Shown: piece by piece, positions 25,851 to 39,949 of the stretch | Layout of the letters: each line of letters opens with the position of its first letter | How positions within the stretch are numbered: position 1 is the first letter of the stretch | DNA from: Vicugna vicugna | Taxonomy: Eukaryota | Direction of reading: 5' to 3' | Length of the DNA: 64,000 nucleotides | NCBI GenBank assembly: GCA_013265495.1 | Contig: MU058531.1 | Location: 124,001-188,000, forward strand | Translations under genes and position numbers: made by a program | The notes under the pieces: generated by a model | Database searches by the model: none | What the model was told of the DNA's origin: nothing | What the model saw: only the letters and a program-made list of their open reading frames with translations

Positions 25851-26121
25851 AGTTGCTAATATGAGATCATACTAATCTAATAATTTGTAACTTGGTATTT
25901 CCCTTGTGTGTGTCTTTTTTAAAAATTGGTTATGTTCTGTGTATTCACATTCTGGTTCTGCCACTCACCTATGATGAGTGCTCAGGCATGCCATCTAACT
26001 TTTCAAGGCCTTGGGTTTTTCCCTATAAAATGCAAAAGTTGAACCAGATCATTTGCTGGCCCCCTGGTATCTCTAATATTCTATACCTCTGTGACTATAG
26101 ACTCAGAAATATTCCTTCAAA

Positions 26122-28412
26122 TACTCCCAAACTCTTTCTATGAAGCCACCATCACCCTGATACCAAAACCAGGCAAAGACACTACAAAAAAAGAGAATTA
26201 TAGGCCAATATCACTGATGAACATAGACGCCAAAATCCTCACCAAAATTTTAGCAAATAGAATCCAACAACACATAAAAAAGATTATACATCATGACCAA
26301 GTGGGGTTCATCCCAGGGACACAAGGCTGGTTCAACATACGCAAATCAATCAATGTAATCCATCACATCAACAAGAGAAAGGACAAAAACCACATGATCA
26401 TCTCAATCGATGCAGAAAAAGCATTTGATAAAATTCAACACCCATTTATGATAAAAACTCTCGCCAAAGTGGGTATAGAGGGAACATATCTCAACATAAT
26501 AAAAGCTATATATGACAAACCTATAGCCAGCATAGTTCTCAACGGTGAAAAACTCAAAAGCTTCCCACTAAAATCTGGGACAAGACAAGGATGCCCACTA
26601 TCACCACTCCTATTCAATATAGTCCTGGAAGTCCTAGCCACAGCAATCAGGCAAGAGAAAGAAATAAAAGGGATCCAAATTGGAAAAGAAGAGGTAAAAG
26701 TGTCATTATATGCTGACGACATGTTACTATATATAGAAAACCCTAAAAGGTCCACAAAAAAGCTACTAGAGCTGATCGAAGAATTCAGCAAGGTAGCAGG
26801 TTACAAAATTAATGTTCAAAAATCAGTTGCCTTTCTTTACACTAACGATAAATCAACAGAAAAAGAAAGTAAAGAAACAATCCCCTTTAAAATAGCACCC
26901 AAAGTAATAAAATATCTGGGAATAAATCTAACCAAGGAGGTGAAAGAATTATACACAGAAAACTATAAACCATTGATGAAGGAAATTAAAGAAGACTTTA
27001 AAAAATGGAAAGATATTCCATGCTCTTGGATTGGAAGAATCAATATTGTTAAAATGGTCACACTGCCCAAGGCAATCTACAGATTTAATGCAATCCCTAT
27101 CCAATTACCCAGGACATATTTCACAGAACTAGAACAAATCATAATAAAATTTATATGGAACCATCAAAGACCTAGAATTGCTAAAGCATTACTGAAGAGA
27201 AAGAAAGAGGCTGGAGGAATAACTCTCCCAGACTTCAGACAATACTATAGAGCTACAGTCATCAAGACAGCATGGTATTGGTACCAAAACAGACATATAG
27301 ACCAATGGAACAGAATAGAGAGCCCAGAAATGAACCCACAAACTTTTGGTCAACTCATCTTCGACAAAGGAGGCAAGAATATACAATGGAATAAAGACAG
27401 TCTCTTCAGCAAATGGTGTTGGGAAAACTGGACAGCAGCATGTAAAACAATGAAGCTAGAACACACCCTTACACCATATACAAAAATCAACTCAAAATGG
27501 ATTAAAGACTTAAACATAAGACAAGATACAATAAACCTCCTAGAGGAAAACATAGGCAAAACATTATCTGACATACATTTCAAAAATTTTCTCCTAGAAG
27601 AAATAAAAGCAAGAATAAACAAATGGGACCTAATGAAACTTACAAGCTTCTGCAGAGCAAAGGAAACCAGAAATAAAACAAGAAGAAAACCTACGGAATG
27701 GGAGAAAATTTTTGCAAGTGAAACCGACAAAGGCTTGATCTCCAAAATATATAAGCAGCTCATACGACTCAATAAGAAAAAAATAAACAACCCAATCCAA
27801 AAATGGGCAGAAGACCTAAACAAGCAATTCTCCAAGGAAGACATACAAATGATCAAAAAGCACATGAAAAAATGTTCAATATCACTAATTATCAGAGAAA
27901 TGCAAATCAAAACTACAATGAGGTATCACCTCACACCAGTCAGAATGGCCGTCATTCAAAAATCCAAAAATGACAAATGCTGGAGAGGCTGTGGAGAAAG
28001 GGGAACCCTCCTACACTGCTGGTGGGAATGCAGTTTGGTGCAGCCACTATGGAAAACAGTGTGGAGATTCCTCAAAAGACTAGGAATAGACTTACCATAT
28101 GACCCAGGAATCCCACTCCTGGGCTTGTACCCAGAAGGAAATCTACTTCAGGATGACACCTGCACCCCAATGTTCATAGCAGCACTATTTACAATAGCCA
28201 AAACATGGAAACAACCTAAATGTCCATCAACAGGTGACTGGATAAAGAAGATGTGGTATATTTATACAATGGAATACTACTCAGCCATAAAAACCGACAA
28301 CATAATGCCATTTGCAGCAACATGGATGCTCCTAGAGAATGTCATTCTAAGTGAAGTAAGCCAGAAAGAGAAAGAAAAATACCATATGAGATCGCTCATA
28401 TGTGGAATCTAA
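26122..28412 (+). CDS. L1 ORF2 remnant: Z domain, reverse transcriptase and Cys-rich C-terminus; endonuclease domain missing; no stops
   Basis: Z-domain LIPKPGKD and [25 protein letters not shown] at 26709-26720; [23 protein letters not shown]; first in-frame ATG at 26217. Confidence 0.93.
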
Positions 28413-28729
28413 AAAACAAAAACAAAGCATAAATACAGGACAGAAATGGACTCATGGACAGAGAATACAGACTTGTGGTTACCGGGGGGGGGGGTAGAGG
28501 GTGGGAAGGGATAGACTGGGATTTCAAAATTGTAGAACAGATAAACAAGATTACACTGTATAGCACAGGGAAATATACACAAAATGTTATGATAAATCAC
28601 AGAGGAAAAAAATGTGACAATGAGTGTGTATATGTCCATGTATGACTGAAAAATTGTACTGAACACTGGAATTTGACACAACACTGTAAAATGATTATGA
28701 ATCAATAAAAATGTAAAAAAAAAAAAAAA
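26122..28729 (+). mobile_element. Young 5'-truncated L1 insertion (2.6 kb)
   Basis: Perfect 17-bp TSD AGAAATATTCCTTCAAA at 26105-26121 and 28730-28746; G-rich tract in the 3' UTR; AATAAA and poly-A. Confidence 0.97.
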
Positions 28730-29532
28730 AGAAATATTCCTTCAAACGACTGAAAACAAAAAGTATCTAAGTGTGCACTTGTTTTTTTCCCTTCTTTTTC
28801 ATTTTCCTTCTTCTCTTCTTCCCTCCCTCTCTTCCTTCTCCCTCCCAATGTCACTAAGGCCCTGTTGGCATAGAGCAAAGATGGTATTTTTTGTGAGACT
28901 TACAAAAATTGGTCTCATTATGTGTCAATTAATTACAGTAATTCATTGGTTTTCCTCAGTCAAAAACAATCAAACTAGTCATGACAGTATTATTTTACTA
29001 GTAACTGAAATCTGAAAAGCATATAATGAAGATAATAATATCCAAAATAAAAAGCTCATATTGACATGATGATCATACTTCCTCCTTCTGAGGTAGCCAG
29101 AATTGTGAAATAGCTCATCAGAAATAGAACTCTTCAGAATACTTAAGTTCACCAGAAAATCTCTAACTGTTAGAAAATATGTATGAAGTCCACTAGCACT
29201 GCCCTGGACTATTTTCAAAACAATGCAAGTTATAACACATAAATAGTATTTTTGGTTTTAAATATTTCCATTTGGGTAATAGAATGCTGTAGTCTTTCAT
29301 ATTTGCAGTGAGAAAAGGGCTTGAAATGCTAGTCCTATGGTTTTTCTTTCTTGCCCCACACTTCCATCCATGAAAGAGTTTATTAGTTGGATGCATAAAT
29401 GAATTAATACTGTACACTTTCTTATATGCCATCTCATTTAGTCTTAAGACCCTAGTATTTTTCCAGTATAAATATAGACACATAAAAAATATACATACGT
29501 AAGTATATACATATACTCGTGCATGCATAACC

Positions 29533-30248
29533 AGGAATAGGTTTCCCAGTCTAGACTCTTCCAAGTGCCAAAACTGAAGCTTCTGTTTCTACTTCATCTT
29601 TGATGTCCTCTGGTGGTGAGGGATCTCACATTGTTTTGAAAAGAGTGTCCTGTTGAGAGAGGGTGAGATTCACATAGAGCAGTTCATGTCGGAGCCTAGC
29701 GAAGCCTGAGGGCAGAGGTGGACATTCTTCACCTGGATGAGCCATCAGATTGATCCATCTATGCTGGCTTGGGGACAACTGAGATTGTTAGATCAGGGAT
29801 ACAGAGAAAGAAACAGTTAATATTCAGCTGATTGACTTCCAAAAAAGGGCAAAGTAGGGGAGGGAGCCCATGTGAGGCGATGGTTACTGACCAACTCTGC
29901 AGAGGTAGATGGAAGGGAGGCTGGTGATTGCAGACCATCCCTACCATTGGAGTCAGCATGCCACTTCATGTAGAAGAGCCACAGGTGCTACTGTCATCGC
30001 TGTCAGGTCATTACAGCACCTGTACTCGGCCTCTTAGCTTATCCAGGTGAAGAATGTCTACCTGTGCCCTCAGACTTCGCTAGGCTCCCACATGAACTGC
30101 TCTCTGTGAACTTCACCCTTGTCAATAGGACACTTTTCAAAACAGTGTGAGATCCTTCACCGCCAGAGGACATCAAACATGAAGTAGAAACAGAAGCTCC
30201 AGCACTTCCGGAGCACTTGGAAGAGTCTAGACAGGGAAACCTATTCCT
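29533..30248. repeat. Long inverted repeat: arms 29533-29742 and 30037-30248, ~295-bp spacer
   Basis: Manual alignment of the left arm with the reverse complement of the right arm gives about 16 substitutions and 3 indels over ~210 bp. Confidence 0.95.
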
Positions 30249-30940
30249 TCACTAGGAGGTGATGGGGTCTTACAACTTCACACAGTAAGTGCTTAAAGGA
30301 ATGTGTTGTTTCTCTGACACATTACATTAGGAAATGTTTATTAAAAATTTAGAAAGAGTTTATAATACAAAGCTTCCCCTGCCCTCCCCTTGTCCTGGTC
30401 CTGTTTCCCAGAGGCAATCACTCTTACAATTTGATTTTAGTTCTTTTGGCATTTACTATACATATCTTTGAATATATACTGCTCCTAATACTATTTCTTC
30501 ATGTATCAATTATAGACATTATTTAGGTCCTACAATGACAGATTAGGATTTAGCTCAAGAGAATTATAGTTATTTTTCTGCCTCTACCAGTTACCTTTGC
30601 ACCTATAAATAACATACTTAAACTTCTATGTCCTGTTTCTTCATCTCTTGACTCCCACACTGTAAGACTGAGATGTTACAGATACAATCCTTCCTGCTGC
30701 TTTTCTTCCTCCATGACCCTGCTGGGCACAACCTCCTATGCCTTATAGAACGTAGTAATTCTAACTCTTTTTTAGCATGTCATACAGGGTCCTTTATGAT
30801 CTAGACTCAGCCTGCTTTTGTCAATCTCCTGTCATTATCCACTTTAGTTATACACAGTCTTACTAAGCCATATACTTAGAGTTTTTGTAAACTTCTGCAT
30901 GCTCTAGTATTTTTTTTTAATTAAAAAAATTTTTTTTTGG

Positions 30941-32182
30941 TAATAACTGAAAACTTCCCCAATTTGGGAAAGGAAACAGTCACTCAAGTCCAGAAAGCAT
31001 AGAGAGTCCCACACAGGATCAACCCAAAGAGGAACACACCAAGGCACATAGTCATCAAATTGACAAAAATTAATGATAAGGAGAAAATATTAAAATTAGC
31101 AAGAGAAAAGCAACAAATAACATATAAGAGAATTCCTATAAGGTTATCAGTTGATTTTTTAGGAGAAACTCTACAGACCAGAAGGGAGTGGCAAGATACA
31201 TTAAAAGTGATGAAAGGGAAAAACCTACAACCAAGAATACTCTATCCAGCAAGGCTCTCACTCGGATTTGATGGAGAAATCAAAAGCTTCACAGATAAAC
31301 AAAAGATAAAAGAATTCAGCATCACCAAACCAGCTTTACAACAAGTGTTAAAAGAACTTCTCTACTCATCAAACCGTAAGAAAAGAGAACAAAAAGAAGG
31401 AAGAGAAAAAAAAAAAAGACCTATAAAAGATTGTGTTGGCAGTTTGGGGTCTTTTATGGTTCCATATAAATTTTGGAATTATTTGTTCTAGTTCTGTGAA
31501 AAATGTTGTGAATACTTTGAGAGAGATTGCATTGGATCTGTAGATTGCTTTGTGTAGTACAGACATTTTGATAGTGTTGCTTTTTCCAATCCAGAAACAC
31601 AAGATATCTTTCCATTTCTTTGTATCATCTTCAATTTCCTTCATCAATGTTTTACAGTTTTCAGAGTGTAAGTAACCTCCTTGTTTAAGTTTGTTTCTAG
31701 GTATTTTGTTCTTTTTGATGCAATGGAAATGTTTATGCCAGTTATAAAATTCTAGTTTTTGAAGTGGGAAAAAGAAGTGAATGAAGGGCTGCAAATGGTA
31801 AAGTATTTTTCTTTCTTATGGGTGAGTTGTATTCCATTACATATATATGCTGCATCTTCTTTATCCATTCATCTATTGATGTGCACTTACGATGCTTCCA
31901 TATCTTGGCAATTATAAATAAAGTTGCTATTAATAGTGCGTTGTATGTATCTTTTTGAATTAATTCTTATTTTGTGGTTGTCTTTATTCCTTTGATAACT
32001 ATGTAAGTTTAAAAAGCTAAAGCTTTAAACATTCTTAGAAACAATGAACAGTACACATATGTAAATTTAAAAAAACTTGCAGCATATTGTGTATATGTAT
32101 TTACATGTAATACATTGTATATGTGCAGTCAAATTGTAACAATTCTACCTAATAAAACTGAAAAATGAAAAAAAAAATTGCA
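30941..32182. mobile_element. Rearranged L1 mosaic: ORF1 C-terminal part (+, ~30941-31428), ORF2 fragment (-, ~31427-31730), L1 3' fragment (-, ~31815-31960), A-tailed end
   Basis: ORF1 translation KLAREKQQITYKRIPIRLSVDF...LQPRILYPARLS; minus-strand [26 protein letters not shown]. Confidence 0.85.
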
Positions 32183-32293
32183 GGGGAAGTAATCAGGTTT
32201 ATTTACTTTTTTTTTAATGGAGGTACTAGGGTTTGAACCTAAGACCTCATACATACAGGACCTCATACTCTTACCACTGTGCTATTCCCTACC
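32183..32293 (-). mobile_element. tRNA-derived SINE body; its tail lies at 30910-30940
   Basis: GGGGAAGTAATCAGGTTTATTT...ATGGAGGTACTAGGGTTTGAACC matches the SINEs at 22772 and 41386. Confidence 0.8.
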
Positions 32294-32416
32294 TGCCATC
32301 TTGTCTTTTTTCCTCATTGCCTCATATGTTTTCATTGACTGGAATGGCCTCCCTCTGCAATTCAATGGCGAATTCCATTCATTCATTTGAACCTACATGC
32401 CACTTTAAGAAATATT

Positions 32417-33597
<1,181 letters not shown>

Positions 33598-35769
33598 AAG
33601 AAATATTCCTTGGTAGATGCCTTTTATTAAATAAGAAAATATTTATTCAATGGCTGTTATATGCAAGACACTCTTCTAGGTGTCAGGGCTATAGTGGTCC
33701 TAGACAGACACACTCATGAGCTTGCATCCTAGTGACTTAATTAGCAGACAATAAAAATAACAACCATGATGAAACATACTATGTGTCAGGACTGTACCTA
33801 AATAACTCACCCATGCTATTTTAATCCTTACAACTTCATGAAACTTTAAGAAGTTAAATATCCTTGCTAGAGTCACTTCCTGTAAGTGGCTAAGCTTATA
33901 TTCAACTCAAATCTGATTTCAGAGCTGTTACTCATAAGCTGTGCTAGCTCTGCTCCTGATACTCCTCGTACACTTCTATCATAACATTTGTCATACTGTT
34001 TTGAAATTGTGCATAGATTTCCTCATATAAACCATAGGACATAAAAAATGATTTGTATGTGTGACTATTTTCTCAGGATGGTATAGAAATAACATCATTC
34101 CAGAGGCATAGGAGAGAAATTAATGCCTTACATACAAGTGTCTTAAGGAATAAGGTATTAATTCTCTCTTGAAATCACAGATTGAGTAAGGCTTGCTTTA
34201 GACCGAAGGCTTAAGGGTAGAGACATCTGTTGTAGAGCGAGTGCTTGATAAATGTTTGTTAAACCTGTTATTCAAACCTTTGAAATCAATACATACTCAG
34301 TTCGCGGACTGAAAAATCATGTTAGTCTTGTGATTGGCTTTGCAGCAGGAGCTAGGCACTCAGTCTGCTTTTAATAGAATCCCAGGGGTGTAAGAGGCAG
34401 TGGTCAATTGCAGACTCTAGAGCCAAACCACCCAGATTCCAATTCCTTTGTTTACTATTTATACAAGAAGTTATTACTTAACATGTGCCAGGCACTTTAA
34501 TAAGTACTTTACAAGTATCACCCAAATTAAACCCACAACCTCCATGCAGTAGATGTCTTTAACTATTCCTTAACAGTGCCACGTCTCAGGTTGTCTCCTT
34601 TGTTAAATGTGGGATACTAATAACAAAATACTTCACAGGGTTATTATCGGACTGAGTAAGTATAAAATGCTTAGAATGGTATCTGACACATAGAAAGTTA
34701 GCTATTACTATCAGTAGAGGCTGTGACCAGGGCAGGAAATGAGCTTGACATAACTTAACAATTTTTTCATCTTATGCTAATGTTCACTTCAAGGGGACAG
34801 ATGGAATTCTTTGGGATGGGGACTAAATCTTAAGCATCTCCCAGTCAAGTTGGTTCTATGTTTCTAAGGGAAAGCCCAGTTACTGGTACTGAAATGGAAA
34901 ATGTAGGAAAAATTACCTCTGAAGTCCGTCCAGTTTTCTGCGACTGCTCTGCCATCTCCCAAGTCCACATTAGCATCACCTCTTGCTGGGATGTCTGCAA
35001 GAGCCTGCTATCTGGTTCAATGGCATTCTCCTTGGCAGCCTCCATTCCTTCACTCCAGATTAACCTTTTTAAAACAGAAAGGCAAATTGTATTGTATTGT
35101 GCTCATGCTTAAAACAGCTCATTGGTTTCTCATTGTTCTTAGAATAAGGATCCAAATCAGTAACTTAGCTGACTAAGTCCTGTAGGATCTGGCCCTGGCC
35201 CATCCCTCTCCACTATCTCCACCCCAGCCACAACAACCTTCATTCATTGTTCAACAATTATTTGTCTGATCACCATGTATTTGCAGAGTCATCAAGGCTA
35301 CATCAGCGACCCAGAGAAACACAGTTCTTGTACTCAGAGAACTTAACTTTCAGGAGGTGGAGAATAGCGACAATGACAACCAAAACCAGACATATGATGA
35401 TTATTATAAAAATATAACAACTGCTGGCTATAATAAGTATAAAAATAGAATTGAGCCTGCAAATTAAAAAGATGGCCATTGAGATAAGGTGAACAGAAAG
35501 CCTCTCTAAGATGGTAATATTAGAGATGACATCTAAAGGTGGAAGAGAAGTGAGCCACACGATAAATGGGCAGGAGAGAATTCAGGTGAAAGGAAAGCAT
35601 GCAAAGTTTCATATACGCTGGAAAGAGCCTAGTGTGTTTGAGGTACCCAGGGCAGATCAACTTACTGCACAAAGTCAAGTTAAGAGAGGAGTATGGTTGG
35701 CTGGCGCCTGATCTACAGGGTTTAGTTGGCCACTGTAAAGAACTGGACTTTTTTTTTTCCCTTTTCTTT

Positions 35770-37820
35770 TTATTTTAGAAAATCTCAAAGCTATTTTTAG
35801 AAATTGAAAGAGTGGCACAACGTACATCATTATAACTTTTTATCTAGATCCACAAATTATTACTTTTGTGTGGCATTTGCTTTTTGTTCTAGTCTCTCTT
35901 GTTCTCAATTCTTTTGTTCTCCTTAACGTTCTTTGTATTTTGTTTTTTTAATTTTTTGCCAAATCTTTTGAAGGTATGTAGTTACAGACACTGACACTTT
36001 GCTGCTAAATACTGAGGCAAACATTTTCCAAAAGCAAAGACATTCTTCTACATGGTCACACATTATCACGTGCCCAAAATTTAATACTGATTCAGCATCA
36101 TCTATTATGTAGTCCATATTTAAATTCCCTCAATTGTCCACAAAAGGTTTTTGCAGTTGCTTTTAAAGATCTGTGAACCAGACAAGTTTCATAAATTTCA
36201 TTTAGCAACAACTGTCTCCCGACTAAAGCAATCCTCCATCTTTTGATTTTCTTTTTCCCTAACACTGATATTTTTGAAGAGCCTAGGTGTGTTGTCTTGT
36301 AAAATGCTCTACATTCTCCACCCCCCCCACCCCTTTTTGATTGTTTCCTCGTGATTAGATTCAGGTTAAACATTTCTGGCAGAAACAGTGTCAGGTGACA
36401 GATTGCTTCATTATTGGTGACACTAAGTTTCCTCACTTGGTGAAGGTATGTCTAACAAATAAATCTCTATGTTTTAAAAATTACCTTTCCCCTTAATTAA
36501 GAATTGAACTTTAGGGTGATTCTTTGAGATAGTGTTAATATCCTGCTCCTCAAAGACCATTTAGCCAATGGTTTAGATCTTTTATCCATCGTTTTAGCAT
36601 TCATTAATAAGCTTTATCTATGTCAGTCTTTACATTGGGAGTTGCAAAATGGGGATTTTTAATTTATTGTTCCTTTTGTACTCATTAACTGACATTCTGG
36701 TGTAAAGAAACACTGTTCACTTTAAGTCCTTTTTTCCCCTATTCCCCACCCCCTACCATGAAGAGAACTTAAAAAAATTAGATCTGCTTTAATCTGTTAC
36801 CATCATTATTTTTTCTGATGCTCAAATTGTTCCAAACACAGTCAGTGGGAGCCCCTGTAGGCCAGGTCCACTGTCCTTTTCAAAGGACCCCATTAATCTT
36901 TACGGACTTCTTTGCTTCCTGATAAGAACATTCTGGGCTCACTTTGCAATTTCCCTCCTTCAGATCTGGAATCAGCCTTCTCTCCAAGGAGATCTGGTTC
37001 CTTTTAGTGATAAATGGTATTTAGAAACCATTTGAGTGGCTTGGTCCTGGGGGTGCTGATTGTTATGGGGCGGTCAGGGCTTCCAGGCCTCCAGACCCTC
37101 TCAATGGACACAATTAAGATTTTTTTTTAAAAATCACAACTTCATTCTACTACCTATTTCATGGGGTTCTTCCTTATTTTCTATCATTCCATATTTGTTA
37201 TTTCCTTTCTCCCACAGTGAGAACCCTGGTACCAAACAACATGAATACATTTACTCATTTGCTTTGTCCTATAACACGTAAATAATAGTTTCAAAATTAC
37301 TACACCAATACCCCTTCCAACATCAAATCTACTAAGCCAAGTTATTGATTTTTTTGGCATTTCTTTTTGCTCCTATATCATATCCTCCACTTGCTAACTG
37401 CAGTGTACAGAGTACTGTGCCCAAATTAATTGAACAAGTTCTCTTTCTTTGTGTGGCTATGCTAGCAATCTGATAATACAGGTAAGTTCATTTCTTTCTT
37501 TGTGTTATATTTTAGGGCTTGTTTTTATTTCCATTGGTTAAGATTTAATTTTTTAAAAAAGCAAAACTCTATTTAACAGAAAAGGTACTCAGAGAAGCCA
37601 CACTCCCATCACTAATCCTTGCAAAACATTCCCATGCCTTATAGATAATAACCATTTTCAATTAATTTTCTCATTTATAGTTTCTAAATTTCTAGCTTCA
37701 AAAATAAGCCAAAAATGTGAATATGGTAATATATACCTAAGTTTGTAGACCCATTTCTCTTTCTTACACAAAAGTTAGTGTATTCTTTTACACCTTTTTC
37801 CTTCACTTAACAATATAAAT
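35770..37820 (-). mobile_element. Old L1 (L1MC/ME-like) 3' region relics
   Basis: Antisense L1M 3' UTR motifs (GATTAGATTCAGGTTAAACATTT, GATGCTCAAATTGT, CTGGAATCAGCC...CTCCAAGGAG); approximate ends. Confidence 0.55.
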
Positions 37821-39949
37821 ACGTTTTATTCCAAAAAGTCACTGAAGGGCTTTAAGCCAGGAACTGACATAATCATTTCCATTTTGAGATTGGCTGGGCT
37901 GCTCTATAAAGAATGGAGGGGTCAGGACCTGAAGCAGGAAGACCAGTTGGTAGGCTGTCGTCTGGGCTACGAAAAGGGAAAGGAATATTTATTTCACTTA
38001 CAACACAAAAGTACAACAAATAATTTGTTTATGAACTGGATGAGCATGGTGAGGTAAAAGGACTCAAAGATGACTCTTTGTCTTGAATAACTGGGTAGAT
38101 ACACAGTAGTATCATTTACTGAGATACAGATTGAGGAGGAGAGAATTTGGGTTTTGGAATGAAAAATCAAGGTCCCATATTGAATATGTTAAGTTAGAGA
38201 TATCTGTTACAAATCCAAGTGGAAATGTTAAGAGGATAATGAGATATTTGCATCTGGTTGGAGCTCAGAGGAGAGGTTTGGGGAGGATAAGGAACTTAGG
38301 AGTCACCAGGATAAAGATAATTAAATCCAAGGGTGTTGATGAGGTTGCCAAGAAGAAGACTGTAGAGGAGAGAAAAGCAGGCTCAGGATCAGGTTCTGAG
38401 GATTCCCATAATTTTGAGACAGATAAAGGAGACTAAGCTGGGTGGCCAGTGAGGTTAAGAGTAAACAACAAGAGAGTGACATTTTGTTGACTCAGACGCC
38501 AAATGAAGGGTGTTTCAAGGTGGAAACAACTGTGTGTATGAAACATTAAACTATGCAGAATGTTTCTGGGACCTAGAATAAAATAAGGCAGAGAACCTAC
38601 TGGATTTTGTATTTATCCTTCCCCTGTGCCTGGTATTATGTTCCCTACACCTGGAGTGCTTATTTCTCTCTCTTTTTTTTAAACCTAGTTACTGCCTGAA
38701 GACCCTTGGAGACCCAGATTAAACATTATTTGCTCAGGTTCCCCTGTGACATAGTCTTACAGCTCTAAGAACCATTTTCTTCAAATCACTCAGTACAGTT
38801 GTAATTTCTCAATTATTTGCATTTGTAATTTTGTTCCCAGTTATTAGAATACAAGCTCCTTTAGGGTGAGTGTCTGTTTTGCTCACTCTTCTCCACTGTT
38901 TCACTAACTCCTGGCCTACTGTTTGGCACATAGCAGGTTTTCAATAAGTATTTAAATGTAGCACCTGGGGGGCTCAAAAGCTGGAAATGAGTAACAGTTA
39001 GTAAAAGCAATAAAGGCATTACCAGGTATGGCCAGAAGTGCAGATTTAGCCATAGACTTGTCTGGAGGAGCAACGGAGAATTTGACACAGGGGACCCTGA
39101 GGACTTGAGTTCCAGCTAGACAGTAAAACACAGTTTTTATTTTACCTTTCCTCCTTTCTTCCCTTTCACACCTACTTTCTCTGTTCATTTTTACTCCTGG
39201 TCTCGCATTCTCTTCTCTACTCCAAACTGGTGCACCTCAAATATGACTATTTTGTAGGGGAAGAAGGGAAACTGAATGAGGAGACAGTGGGAAGTTAGAT
39301 TGGGAAGGGGGAGGTTATGGGAGATATAAATATAAAATAAGGAAAGGAAGACAGTAAGTTTCAAACCAGTTACTATTCTACAAACGCTATTAAAATAGTT
39401 GAAAGTGAGACCACATGTGAGAGGCAGGGTCTTGAAATCATTCAGCTGAGAGTTTAAAATTCCACCTCCATTAATAGCCATATGCCTTTCAGCAAATGCT
39501 TAAACATAGGAACTCAGTTTCCTCAGAATCTATGAAAAGGGTATAATAATAGGACCTACCTGAAAAGGTTGTTCTCAGGATCAGTGGGACGATCCATTTT
39601 AAATGCTTAGATCTTGACTGGCACAGGGTAAACGCTCCATTAACGTTAGCAGTTACTTTTCTTTAAAATGAAGTACAGCAGGAAGAGACGGTCTAAATAC
39701 TTGTCATTTGAATGTAATAACACTACATTCAAAAGAAGAGGACCACTTTAAAAGAAGAAGAGATGTACTGGAACTTACATTTTGGGCATTGCAAACACCT
39801 TGCCTTTGCATGGAAGATAGATTGTCACAGAACAGCGCTTCACAGCAGTAGCTGCTTTATATTTTCAGGAAGGCAAAAAAAAAAAATCACCCCAAAACCA
39901 AAAATGTTTATGAAAATTTATTCTGAGAAAAATTTACTTCTTTCATGAG

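Noticed and set aside
26435..27910. Antisense ORFs of 118 and 186 aa (and similar ones at 8131-8709)
   Set aside because: Known shadow frames on the opposite strand of L1 ORF2
30155..30178. CTCF-like CCGCCAGAGGACA in both arms of the inverted repeat
   Set aside because: Mismatch in the GGC core; cannot be supported without motif scoring or ChIP data
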